A stretch of 64,000 bases of DNA from Octopus vulgaris (Eukaryota). Below, in pieces: positions 1-13,492 of this stretch. Location of the stretch: assembly GCA_951406725.2 (NCBI GenBank), contig OX597822.1:66216001-66280000 (forward strand), in the 5' to 3' direction. Every line of letters begins with the position of its first letter. Within the stretch, counting starts at the first letter, position 1. Under the pieces are notes generated by a model. The model was not told where the DNA came from. It was given only the letters and a program-made list of their open reading frames with translations, and did no database searches. The translations under genes were made by a program, and so were the position numbers.

Positions 1-1462
1 ATAATATAAAATAGTAATAAAGAACCCAGTTTGATAGAATCGAACAACCCTTTCAAAGACAATACACAATTGGTTTTGCCTGAATTAGAAGCATTGTTGA
101 TAAGAGATTTTAATAGGCTGCCAAAAGTATCTAGAGGATTTTAGCTACGGCCCTTAACGATTCTGGGCTTAAGTCCAGCCCAAATCAACATTTCCGTTCG
201 TCCATGTACGATCAATAAAACAAAGAACTAATCAAGTATTGGAAACTATTAAATCAAGTAAAAGTTTTCCCTAAATTCCAGTTTTTGTTCCCACATCGGA
301 AACAATTACTATTGTTTAGATGATAGTGTATTTGCGATTCTCAGTTCGAATGTACCTAACTTAAATTTGTCGTTCAACTCACTCCAATATAATATATATC
401 TATGTGTGTTTTTGTATGTATGTTTGTGTGTTTGTGTGTCTGTGCTCATATTGTTTCCATTCATTTCTACTTCTTTTCCTCAACAAATAGTTGGCCTTTT
501 GCCAGTGAGATAAATCGTCATCTTAATAATATAATCATCATCATTATTAATGTTTTTTTCCTATTTTATTCTTTAAAACACCATCATATGTTTCCCACTT
601 CCAACTCACTAATACTCTGTTAGTCTTCTTGATACTATTATAGCTAATCAAATTATTTGCTTGCATAAAGCAAACTATAATCTTAACAAAACGTGAAAAA
701 AATAAGAAGAGAAACGTTACGAATGTTGCTCGGAATATTGGAAGAGATTAAATAAATAAATATGAACATATGCTCATAACTAAACTTGAGAAAATGAAAA
801 AGACACACATTTATACCAAGAAAATATATGCGTTTCAATAAATATTTTTTTTCCTAGAAAAAACAAATAATATAAAATAAAGTCAATAAAGCAAAAATTG
901 GAGTTTTCCGATTAAAAAGTGTCTAAAATTAAAAACCAAAAATAATTGAGTTAGTGTAAAGAAAACAAAATACCTGGTATTAAAATCTAGAATAAACAAT
1001 TTTTAGATTTTATTTGGATTTAAATACGTTGGGATTTGTTCTATATTTGTATCTCCAATATGTGTTTGCTCATCCTACCGACACTTCAGATGTTTTTGGC
1101 GTCTTAATATACCTAACGCATAATTTTCTGTTTGCATTACTCATAGATACGTCCGTGTTGAACATTTCAGCACATGTGTACTCAATACATGTACTTACAG
1201 GCATACATATATACGCATGCATATGCATGTACATATACACATTCGCACAGATAAACACACAGAGATGCAAATATACACATATATGATGTTCACACACACA
1301 CACACACATATTCTTACATATGCCTATAGATATAAATATGTATATTTATATATTAATATCAATATCTATATCTATAAATATGTACATTTGTATGCATTAT
1401 ATATATATGTGTTTCCCATATATATATATATATGCGTCTTTGTGTGTGTGTATAAATATATG

Positions 1463-1503
<41 letters not shown>

Positions 1504-1550
1504 ATGTATATATGTAATATACCTGTGTATGTATATATACATATACATAC

Positions 1551-1588
<38 letters not shown>

Positions 1589-2029
1589 TCATATACTGGC
1601 ATGTATGCATTATACCTACAAGCGTAAGTACTTTTACACATATACAATCATATATACATACATATGGTATGTGTCCAGTCATAAAACTTTTATCTATTTT
1701 TACACTTCAGCATCATAGAAACGTATTTATATATTCCTGTCTGCAAGACGTATATATTTGCAAAATAGAGTATGAGATTATACAAGTTTATATGAGAAAT
1801 AAATAATCTCGTATATACTTATGTTTAACCGAAATCTAGTATATAACACCACGTTAAATCTATCATACAAAATCACATACACAGAGACCTTCACACACAT
1901 AAACACACATACATACGTCCGTATATACCTATGTGGTATATATACTATATTTCTATGTTTCTTTGTTTCTGTGTGTGTATATGTATGCATTTTTATACAT
2001 GTGTATGTGTGTACATATGTGTATTACTC

Positions 2030-2470
2030 AATAATCATGCAAGCATATATCTATATACATCCAGAAACGAACACATACACACAACTATATATATTTTTTG
2101 TATATGGTTTTTTTTTATAAGTAACTAAGTGCAATTTTATATAGTATCTGCTTCAGCTGCTATGGTTTGTAGTGCGTAGAAGCAGCCGAGTCACGGCGTT
2201 ATATAATATTTGAATATATATTATGATTTGCACGCAATTGTAAACATTCAATGCTCCGATCATGGCTCATTGCACAGCAGTAATAACACTATAACGTACA
2301 AAGCTTGCAAGCTTACTGCTTGCATGTTTGATAGTAGATACTACTAATATGACATGGGCTGTGAAAGAACATATAGTTTGTCATACCATAATTATGACAG
2401 ATGCATTGATCCATATTGCTACTCAGACAAACAAACAATCAGGCCTATGAACATCCCATTTCATTGTTCT
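2030..2470 (+). repeat. Diverged unclassified ~450-bp repeat; inverted copy at ~60500-60925
   Basis: ttatgatttgcacgcaattg...cattcaatgctcc...cttactgcttgcatgtttg...agtagatactactaatatga is the reverse complement of 60617-60750; flanks also align by eye. Confidence 0.8.
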
Positions 2471-2697
2471 AGTAAATTGGCAGGTATCTCTCAGTGTTAA
2501 ACTTCTGTAAGTATCTCGACTTTTGTCATATGTTACCTTTATCAGTATTTTGACAGTATTACCATTGCCGAAAGAGCGCTGACACATACACTAGTAACAG
2601 CTTACCGATTTATTTGTGTATGTCTGTGATATAATGCATATATATAATGGCTGACGGTTAGTAAGGAGAAACACAAATAAGAAAGAAGAAAACAAAA

Positions 2698-2742
2698 GGA
2701 CCACTGATGCGGTCACAGGAGTGTGACGAAAGAACTCTGGCC
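2698..2742 (+). ncRNA. Degenerate type-I hammerhead-like motif in a TA-flanked short element (probably Penelope-like pLTR relic)
   Basis: cca-CTGATGCG-gtcaca(ggag)tgtgac-GAAA-gaac-TC-tgg: stem I cca/tgg, 6-bp stem II; A9 replaced by C plus one extra base. Confidence 0.5.
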
Positions 2743-3140
2743 GAAATAAGATTAAGATTAATGTAAAAAACAAATAACAGTGAAGCAAAATAACACCAAA
2801 TATATAGTGCGTGTGTTTTTATTGGCTAAACTGGCAATATGACCATTCCGAAATATAACAATATATATATATACATATATATACATACATATATATATAA
2901 ACATATATATATATGTATATGTATGTATATATATATATATATATATATAGGGATGCATGCATATTTGCGCTAAAATGCATGTGTATGCATCAAGGCAAAA
3001 TAACTGTAGAAATGAGAAAGAGAAAAACCAATACGCAGTAAGAGATTTAGAGTATACAATGGTATTGTCAATTGAAAATGTCAAGAAAGATTAATCTGTT
3101 TTTCACGTAGGTGCGTCGTTCGTTAATAGTGTTTGTATCC

Positions 3141-3783
3141 AGGCATGGATGTGTGGTTACGAAATTCACTCTTCAATCACATGATTTGAGGATCGGTTCC
3201 ACTGCGCAGCACCTCTAAAAGTGTCTTCTACTATAAACCCTGGACCGACCGAAGCCTTTCTTGTGAAGGAATTGGATAGATGGAAACTGACATATATCAG
3301 GGCGGCGAACTGGTGGAAACGTTAGTAAGCCAGGCGAAATGCTTAGAGGTATTTCTTCTGCCGTTAGGTTCTGAGTTCAAATTCCGCCGAGGTCAACTTA
3401 GCCTTTCATCCTTTCGAGGTCGATAAATTAAGTACCAGTTACGCACCGGAGTCGATGTAATCGACTTAATCCGTTTGTCTGTCCTTGTTTGTCCTCTCTG
3501 TGTTTAGCCCCTTGTTACGTTCTGATTTCAAATTCCGCCGACGTCGACTTTGCCTTTCATCCTTTCGGGGTCGATTAAATGTGGCTGCGTATGGCTTTGC
3601 GCTTATCATTGTCCCCCGCGATGCTCATCAATCTTCTATACATCACCGTAACTTAGCGAGCATATGAGGCGATTGAAAATTTACAGACATTAAAATAATA
3701 TCCTGGCGTCCGTTTGCTCGACAAAACCCTTCAAGCTGGCACTCTGATATGACCACTGTCCAAAGTCTTAAATAAGTAAAAGA
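3141..3783 (+). mobile_element. Old family-A SINE split by a family-B SINE insertion
   Basis: 5' half ggcatggatgtgtgg...ggaaactga (3141-3290) and degenerate 3' half ending aaataagtaaaaga (about 3580-3783) match the intact copy at 38903-39313. Confidence 0.7.
3301..3580 (+). mobile_element. Family-B SINE (Meta-domain-like core) with partial second unit
   Basis: ggcggcgaactgg head; gagttcaaattcc B-box-like; core gcctttcatcctttcgaggtcgataaattaagtaccag. Confidence 0.85.
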
Positions 3784-3789
3784 CAATAT

Positions 3790-4007
3790 TGTGGGTGTCG
3801 GGCCCTGTGTGTTCCTGAATTATTGGGATGCTCGTCTCGCAACTACTAAGTTTTTTTTACGATGTATAGTATGTAACGCCAAATGTCAACCCCATAACCT
3901 AATTTCGACATGTAATTGAAGTTTTCCCGGTGGAAACTACGTAGAATCCCGTGTAAAATCTGTTTTTGAATAAATTAAAGATAGACGCATCTGTAGAATA
4001 CTTCTCA
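3790..4007 (+). mobile_element. Possible solo LTR
   Basis: Starts TG, ends CA, flanked by ATAT on both sides (3786-3789, 4008-4011); AATAAA near 3969. Confidence 0.4.
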
Positions 4008-4428
4008 ATATACACTCGAATTCACTGAAATTCAGTCGTTCGAACATCTGAATACTTTGTATAAAACCTACTGATATCTCTTTCTATGTGTATGTGTATG
4101 TGTGCGTGTGTTTCTGTAGATCTGTGTGTGTGGAGGCATGTATGTATGCATGTATAAGCATGTGCACGTTCGTACGTGCGTTTATCACGTAAATGCCCTC
4201 ACTTAGATTAAACGACCTTTCCATCACTAGTAGTTGGCTCTCAGACAAACTCCTCAATCACTCAAACCGAGTAAATTCGCCATGACACCTCTGATGTCGA
4301 TTTGTTTGGAGTCCATTATAATTACAGAATAATCATGTACTTTAGATTGATGTCTTTGAATAATCCACTGTTTAGAATATATTCTACTAATATGGTATCA
4401 GCTCAAACTGTTCGCATATACATTCAGT

Positions 4429-4644
4429 GTACTACCAGCATACCACTAACATACTACTACCATACTGTCAGCACACTGCTTGGATACTGCCAGCATACTG
4501 TCATACTACTACCGTAAAACCGCCATCCTGCTGCCATCCTACCGCCATACTACTTCCATCATACTGTCATTCTACTGCCAGCGTACCGCCGTCCTACTGC
4601 CAGCATACCTCCATTCTGCTTCCAACACACTGACGCAGTACTGA
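4429..4644. repeat. Degenerate 11-bp minisatellite (TACTGCCAGCA-like)
   Basis: tactaccagca, tactgtcagca, tactgccagca, tcctaccgcca and similar units at 11-bp period. Confidence 0.8.
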
Positions 4645-4977
4645 GAAGCGGGCAAACATACAAATACAATGCCTGTTCAATGGTTTCCTCTCAGCTTGTA
4701 TTGAATCTATTATTTTTGTTCACACTTCATTGAAGATAATGGTGTTGTTTGCTTCAGAAGATGTATCAATGACTTAATAGCAACGCTTTGTTTTCCTTCC
4801 TATTGTTTTCTTCTTTGGATTGTTCTTTGTTTGGTCGCCTTTCTGTATTTTTTTTTTATTATTTGTTTCCCAATTTGGTTCAGTTTTGTTTGTTCATTCC
4901 CATTGTTGTTGCTGTAATTGGTAGGAATAATGCTTCGGCGGGGATTTTGTTGTATATATGGTTGATGTTGCCGTTTG

Positions 4978-5041
<64 letters not shown>

Positions 5042-5142
5042 GTATGTATGTATCTATGTCTGTGTATATATAAATATATATGTGTGTGTGATATGTGTGT
5101 ATATATATAGATTGCATATATAAGCACACCTATACATTCTTA

Positions 5143-5191
<49 letters not shown>

Positions 5192-8100
5192 GTGTGTGTG
5201 TGTGCGTGTGTTTGTATTTGTATGTGTGAGCGTGTGTGTAGTGGTATGTGTGTATGTGTATGTTTTACCTCTTAGAATTTAGTTTTCATTGTTCATTACT
5301 TTTTTTCTGGTTGGGGTTTCTCTTTATTTTTAGTAAGTCTTGAAGCTGTTTTGGTATTTCTGTTCCTTTGTTGTTAGTGCTGACTACAAACTGAGTTTGA
5401 ACGATTACAGCAATGATGTTCTCCCCACATGTTTTCACGCGATAGGCTAATAGTTGTATTATTTTGTTTTGCTGAAAAAAAAAATATCTGTTGCTTGTTT
5501 TGTTTTCTAAAATTTATTTATTGACTGTCGTTCCTAGATTACGTAGTTGTTGTTTTTCGTAATTGTAGAAGCTAGAGATCATAGTAATAGCGTACTTTTG
5601 TCGATAAGGCTTACTGAGAGTGCGGATGATCATGTGCAACTGATACTCTGGCTGTCGCCTTTTCCTTTCTCTGTTTGCTGGTTTGTTATTTTCTATACAG
5701 AATATGATGTGTTAATTTTGTTGTTTTTGTCCTCGTGTATAAATCTTTAACTTATACCAGACATTGACATATTTCTTTTACTTAATTAATGATTTGCCAC
5801 GTCGTAACCGTTTATTTACTCCGACTGTGTAGTGAGAATCGTGGTTATTCTCCAAAATTTCTCATTATACCTCCTGTAAAGAACGTAGTATGCAATATAC
5901 TACCATAACAACGTGTACAAAACTTGTTCCCAGAAATGCATTCTGAAAAACCCATAGACACCAGAAAACCAAGAGCGCTTCACAAAAACACGTTTATTTC
6001 AGTCCTGGCCGGCTGATAACAATTCTCAGCTTTACCAATATCTCTGGGGTTTTTCTTTTTGGGGGGGGGGGTGTTCCAAGTTAATCATTTTCTTCAGAGG
6101 TGTGTTATTGCCAAAATACACAAAATACATACGGTGCTGTGTTATGGCGCAGGAACGATCATAAATAATATGTTGTTAGGCAGCTGAACCTACATTTTAG
6201 TTTTCATTCTCAGATATCTAAATCGCGAATAACATCGAATTTTATGTATCGTTGTTTTCGGCAGCAACTACGATAAAATTCTTTAAAATGCTCAACGTTG
6301 TTAGGGTTATTTAAATGCGTTATATCTTCTTTAATAATGTGATAAACATTCTTTAAGAGCTAACGCGATATATATTGCAAAGCTTCCATCTTTTAAAATA
6401 TTAAATAGTGTGTTTATATTTTTTAAATAATAATTTCAATAATGATGACAAGAAAGATTTTCGCTGTCCTTGGTTCTGCCGTAGAATTTAGATTCTGCAA
6501 ATGAGTGTGTTTATAAAGGGATTGAATGCGCCATTAATATTCACGTGAGGTTTACTTTAAAAATTCGTTATTTTATTTAGCTGTTAAAGGCAATGAAATA
6601 TGTCATAAATCGAAAATACATCATGTGAAACGAAACGAGTCATTACGGGTTTATAAAAAGTGTATTATAGGACAAAGAAGTTATGTAAAAAAAATTAGGA
6701 GGATCAGAGTATTGAAAAAATACACGCTTTAAAAATCTATGTAAAATTGAGCAAAAACTAAACATAGAAAATGAGTATTTCAAGCAATAATCTGCTACCC
6801 ACAGAAATATATGCTAGATGCTCATTATCTGAAGGAATACTAACAAAACTATTTGCCGTTCCCTTCATTTCTTACGCAAAGCTACGAATTTCCATCTCGC
6901 TAAGATCAATCACACTGAACATTACAAATTGTCATTTCTCAGCGCCATCTCATTTCAAGGATGAAATCGGAGTGACAAACACAAAGATAATGAGCCTAAA
7001 AGCAAAATCAAATAGCAGTAATCACAATACTATAAAGGAGAGCAAAAAACCAGAGCCACTAATGTTTTGCTTGCGTAACCATAATAATGGGGAACTCCAG
7101 GTAAAGCAACAGTTTTCGAAGAAGTAGGCAAAAGTAAAAAAAATAAATGGGTCTTCTAAAAATACATTGGAGAATGTATTTTCCTTGTGACGAGAATCTT
7201 GTTTTAAAGGGTAGTTCCCCTAATACCTTGAAATACAAACATGGAGGACTCCCCAGCCGATGAGTAGCAGTGATGTAGGTTCCCAAGACAAACACAGAGA
7301 TAATATTATTATCGGAATGTTATTTCTATCTCTGGACTGGCTATCATCTTTCCTTATTTTACTATTATTCTTTATTTTCGTAGAACGCTGTCACATACCC
7401 TTGTTTAAAATAGGTATAGTCATTGGATCCTTTACCCTGCACCACCCGTCTGTTTCATCTTCTCTTCACGCGCAATGTAATATATTATACCCGGATAGCC
7501 TTCATATCACTACGACTATTAGATTTGGTTATCTATGTAGATTACACTTAAGCAAAGACAACTGGTTGTCAAACTCACGCTCATTAGATCCCATGCTGTT
7601 TTGCAAATGTGTGCGAGACGAGAATCAACTTCTGATCCAATGTCTCTGATCTTTTGACTTTTACAGACAGATCTTTAACCTTTTACAAGCAGTATATTGT
7701 ATCACTATCCTGAAGGTAGCCATGTGGTATACGGACAATATCTGAGTTCTGATTCACATTCAAGATTATATAAGGGGCATATAACTCCTTATCCCCTGTT
7801 CCACATGAGAGATGATACAGCATGTCTCACATTGCAATAGGCTGTCTTCAACATTTTTTTCTAAGAGTAACAGACATTTCTTTGGGTGTGAATATACCTT
7901 AGTATTCTTCCTAAATTTTGATGATCTAGCCGTTCTGCCAAACGAGGCCCTAAATTAATTCTAACATTAAAGCACAAGGCCTCAATTTTAGAGAGAATTT
8001 ATACGATAGAAAGGTCTGCAGCCCTTTAGTTTCTCGAAATCTAGAAGAAAAATCGAAAAGCAAAGATGATCTACGTGCGATTTAGATGGAAATCATAAAG

Positions 8101-10247
8101 AGACAGTTCAATTGCGGAAAAGCATTTGATCGATTCTCTATCATATCTGCTAATCCACAACACAAATAGTTGCTTGTAATTTTGAAACAACGGCAGCAAT
8201 TTGAACGAAAGAGTGATTGTTGATACCATCGACCAGATTATTTGGAAGATACTTTATTTATCCACTCCGACAGAAGGAAACAATATACTGACCTTGGTGA
8301 GATTTGAAATCAGAACACAGAATCATAATTAAATAATGGAAGACGTATCTGACGCATTAGTGATTTTGCCAATCCACAAAATTAATGATGATAATAAAAA
8401 CTATCATTAAAAGATTAATTTTAACATGTTTCTATAATTACAAAGCTGCTACTGATGATGCTAATGATTATAACAGCGCCGATAACGGCGGCAACTACGA
8501 TGACGAAGAGGAAAAATAGAATTCAACAGCAACAACACCAACATCAAAATTAACAATATTGATGATATCAACAACAAAAAGAACAAGTACAATAAGACTT
8601 ATAAATCCTATTGGAATCAATATTTCAAGTAGGTTATTACAGAAATTTGAATTGCTTCGAGTAGAGATAACATTTTTTTTATTATCTCTCTTCTTAAATA
8701 TTATTATCCGCATCATTAATATTATTATCATCATTATTAATCTCAAAATTAAATAAACTTTTGTTATATTGTCGATCAATAATCGTTGTTTTACAATTAA
8801 AATTATGAATCAATATTCCTTACGATATACACGATGAGAAAACATCACTTCAACAATGAAATTCTTAGAATGGATATATCGGTACACCACTGAATAATCA
8901 GTAACTAGAAGATGACGTCACCGATAATTACGTAATAAATTAATAAGAACCTATCTATACGCTTGTTGAGTAAACAATTAGTAATGAATAACTACGGTTA
9001 ATAGGTACTAAATGTTAATGAAATTGGAAGATACGTATATGTTTTATTTTATAGTGAGGACCAAATTAAGTGCTGACAGTTGAGAATCGATTGCCGATAT
9101 TTTTGTTAAAGCAATGACTGAATCGAATGGTTCACAACCAATCAATGCTTTACTTGCCTTGGCCAGAAAAAAATAATGTATCATTAGATATCTCGAGTAA
9201 AGAATAATTTCATTAAAATTGGATTAGTGCCTAGAGAACCAAATCTATCCATATGTTAAGGAAGAGTTCAGTGTCACTCGGGTGACGAAGCTCAATAAAG
9301 CTCGAATGGAATTTACACCAATACTCAGCTCTAAAACCCTCATGATAAAAACCGAGAGGTATGAAAATAATTTTAGAAAGAAACAAATGTCACTACTGCA
9401 GGTATACGATGTGATTCGACTTGACTACAGTAAAATAATAGAATATTTCTAATGTACAAGGTGAGCAATGGGTGATATCCACGACACCGGAGTGAAGCTC
9501 ATTTTATGTCATAAAAGAAGAGATGTCTACGATTTCAGGCAGAATCTCTTGTGGATGAAAGAAAAAATTTCATCTGGTACAAAATGATTAACGTATCGAG
9601 ATTCTTGAGAGAGAAGCGGAAAGAGAGATACTTACGAATAATCGAGACGTATCAAACAATGGTGAATATATGGATGTTAGACTGTCAAGAAAATAGTATG
9701 TGGTATAGTTCCCAGTAGGAACCTTGTGAAATTTCGATGGAAAAAGATGCTTCCAGTGAAGTGGAGTTTATCTCCCAAACAAAATACTTGAACCTTTTAC
9801 ATTGTTTGCCGTTAAACCGTTATCTTAATTTACTCCCTTTCGAATAAAGCATCAACTAAAATGCAGGAATGACGAGAGGTGAATTCAATGTAGTTCGCTG
9901 CAGCAGATCTTATTAAAGTTTCATTTTAATATTAGTAATTCTCTGAAAATATATAAGGGTCGGTTGTTGGAGCTTCCAGCTTAAAAATTTTCCGATATTT
10001 CTCAATACGTCTTTCACAAGTATGAGTGTTATTTCATTAATATCTTTCCCTGGGTTATTACTATCTTTAATCAAGTTAAATAGCTACGAAAGGGAATCGA
10101 AATATATAAATAAATTATAATGGTTGGTTCAATAACTGCATCGTATTTCACTTCTTAATTTTTCATTGAATGTAATGAAAGAAAATTTATCTCTGTCATG
10201 ACAAAGAAATTAATCCTACTCTTTTTTTTCAGGCTCACATTCATGCC

Positions 10248-10515
10248 AACCGTTGTTCCTTCTCGAGCCACGCCTGGCTCATAGGGCCGGTTTCCCGGTT
10301 TCCTCGATGGGACGCGGTCCGTCGCAGGTGAGCTGCTAGATGCAGGAGGAAAGAGTGAGAGAAGGTTGTTGGCTAAAGAGTCAGCAGAAGTTCGCCATTA
10401 CCTTCTGCAGGAGCCGGGTGGAGCTTAGGTGTTACGGCTCATAAACACACACATCGCCCAGTCTTAGATTCGATCCTGCGATCCTTCGACCGCGAGTCCG
10501 CTGCTCTGACCGTTG
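10248..10515 (-). mobile_element. Family-C SINE (tail type ...ggctcgagaaggaacaac)
   Basis: Reverse complement of the gcagcggactcgcggtcg head and ctctcactctttcc body seen at 60041. Confidence 0.75.
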
Positions 10516-10808
10516 GAATACAGAGGAAGGAACCCTCCCCCACCAAATAGACCATCTGATAAGCAGGCCAAAACTGAGTAGCAGACTATAGCGACCATCC
10601 TACTGGTGCAATTTTCCTTAGCACTGCTCCTGATAATCCATAATGAATGGACCCGTTACCGCGCGATACGCCAATTGTGATAAACAACACAAAACCCACA
10701 CCAAAGGCCGACCCCTCATCCTGGAGTATAATCTGTTAGTATATTCTCATCCTGTTAATTTATTCTCTCTCTTTAACCAAAATTACATTGGGATACATAC
10801 TAACACAC

Positions 10809-10883
<75 letters not shown>

Positions 10884-11329
10884 TAAAGCAAATTGCAAAA
10901 AGACGTTTTAAAAGTTTATTCTACTCTGCACTCATTCATTCACAATGGAATGAAATCAATCTTCTCCCTCTCCATAGGTTTGAATACATACGATTCCATA
11001 CGCATATATCATGTATATCTTTCTGCATCTCCGCCCACATATATTTTATTTCCATCTAACAAGTTATGCGTGTGTCTATATGTGTGTGCGTGTGCGTGCG
11101 AGAGATTTTGTTCCGAGATTCATCAGAAGAAGTGAATTTTCTAATGCACCATTCAAGTAAAAGCTGGTTCTAATGTAAATTACAAGATAAGCTTTACTGA
11201 AACCTTCTGCGAAACTCATATACTTACGTTCATACCCACAAACATACAAACTTACATACATAAATATATACACAAACCCATATGTATACAGATATATCTA
11301 TTACACACGCATCTAGATACACGCACACT

Positions 11330-11364
<35 letters not shown>

Positions 11365-11378
11365 GTATATACACACAA

Positions 11379-11476
<98 letters not shown>

Positions 11477-12114
11477 ATACATATGCATGTAGACAAGTGA
11501 TTTTAATTATATGAAACCTGTAATGCAATCTTCGGTATATGGAGGCATAAGAAGTTAATTATCGTCAAGTAAACGTGAAGAAATCAAGATGTATAAAGTT
11601 GAATGTTAATGCTCAGAAAGAGGTACATGGATATAATGTGCAGTGATAATGATTAATTCTCTTAATGAATTTCCTAGTAATTAATTACAGCAGATAGCTA
11701 TAAAATTATGAGAAAACTGTTTTAATATAACAAAGCTATGTTAACATGACATTTACCAGTTGTTAACACAGTAATAGACATCGTATTAAGGTATATATTT
11801 CCTGTAATTAAGTCGCTAGTTTTAGATCCGACATTCTATTTACTAAAATCGATTAAAGAAGCAGTATTAATTGAAGCCGGCATTTATTACAATTATACCG
11901 ATTGAATTCGATCTTTTGGGAAAGAGGTCCTACCCTAGTTGTTTTTAATTTTATTGTTTTCTTTAATAGTTGAATGTTGGAATGTAGAACATCGCTCTAA
12001 ACCTTTTCTTCTGCTCTTTAGACGGGTGACATAAGATCTTGCTTGATAGGTCGTGCACTAAAACACATACATACAATCACACACATGTATATATCTATCG
12101 CTGTGTTGGTGTGT

Positions 12115-12285
12115 GTGTGCGACCCCTGTTGTACTCTTTCACCACATCTTTCTCTCACACTTTTTTCCTGTTTCTCGAGTAAAGCTGCGATGGACTGGCG
12201 TCCCGTCCATCTAGGGGGAACACATACGCCACAGAAACAGGGAAACCTGGGCCATGGGCCTGGCTAGGCTTGAAAAGGGAGACGT
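12115..12285 (+). mobile_element. Family-C SINE 3' half
   Basis: tgtactctttcaccac...gctgcgatggactggcgtccc...gaaacagggaaacctgggccatgggcctggctaggcttgaaaaggg; same tail as 33726-34010. Confidence 0.75.
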
Positions 12286-12429
12286 TTATTCAGAATATAT
12301 GTGTGTGTGTGTGTACTAATAAATATATATGACTGTGCGTGTGAATGTTCAATATCGAATTCATATTACATCAATATATACATAGATACTCACACATACA
12401 AAGACGCAAAAATGTGTGTATATATATAC

Positions 12430-12480
<51 letters not shown>

Positions 12481-12482
12481 CA

Positions 12483-12531
<49 letters not shown>

Positions 12532-12859
12532 CTGTATGTTTGTCTCCGTGTATGCATGTATACACATATATGTGCATGTATTTCGCCATACATGTGTTTT
12601 CATATGTAGAAATTATGTATGTATGTATGTATGTATTTGCTTATGCATGTGATTGCATGTGAGAGTTAGTGTGTCGTATATAGGTTGCTGCTAATTAGCC
12701 AGTCTGAGGTGGAAAGTAAATACATAATTATCAAAATTATAGATGTCCTCACAGAGACCTATAAGAAGCGTGTGTAATTATGTCCCATTGTTATAAGAAC
12801 GAACTCAGACGAGATTATATCGACTACCTACTATGTTGTTTATATACCAATAATAAGCT

Positions 12860-12935
<76 letters not shown>

Positions 12936-13038
12936 ATGAATATGTGCATACTTCATTATAATACAAATAGGCCTAAATAAATATAGCTACACACACATTG
13001 AACCCCACATGCGTAAACACACACCGATTCCGAGATAT

Positions 13039-13252
13039 TCTTTTCTACTCTCGGCAGAAGGCCCGACATTTGATGGGAGGATGGCAGTCGATTAGCTTGA
13101 CCCCAGTGCGTAACTGGTACTTATTTAATCGACCCCGAAAGGATGAAAGGCAAAGTCGACCTCGGCGGAATTTGAAAACAAGAACATAACGGCAGACGAA
13201 ATACTGCCAAACATTCTGCCCGGCATGTTAACGTTTCTACCAGTTCGCCGCC
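13039..13252 (-). mobile_element. Family-B SINE monomer flanked by ~54-bp imperfect direct repeat
   Basis: Full head-to-tail match to family B; flanks 12986-13039 and 13257-13309 are direct repeats. Confidence 0.85.
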
Positions 13253-13492
13253 CTCGGCTACTCATATATTAAACCACACATGCGTACAACACACCCATTT
13301 AGAGATATTAGTATCTCTATAATCAATGTAATAGCTAATATCGATTTTAAAATTCTAAACTTATATTACAAATAATATATGAGTGTAAGCTAGATTTAAT
13401 TGCTAATCTCGGTGAAGCATCTGGATTTAATTTACGCTGTATTTTTGTTTAACGTCTGTATATATCGTGGGCCATATAAACACCCTCGTATA

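Noticed and set aside
1014-2128. [12 protein letters not shown] ORFs here and throughout (e.g. 11230-11514, 44248-44832, 56349-56708)
   Set aside because: Translations of stop-free (TA)n/(CA)n microsatellites, open on both strands
6771-7860. 118-aa and 129-aa ORFs in non-repetitive sequence
   Set aside because: No recognisable domain or convincing splice structure; possibly old TE debris, but unsupported
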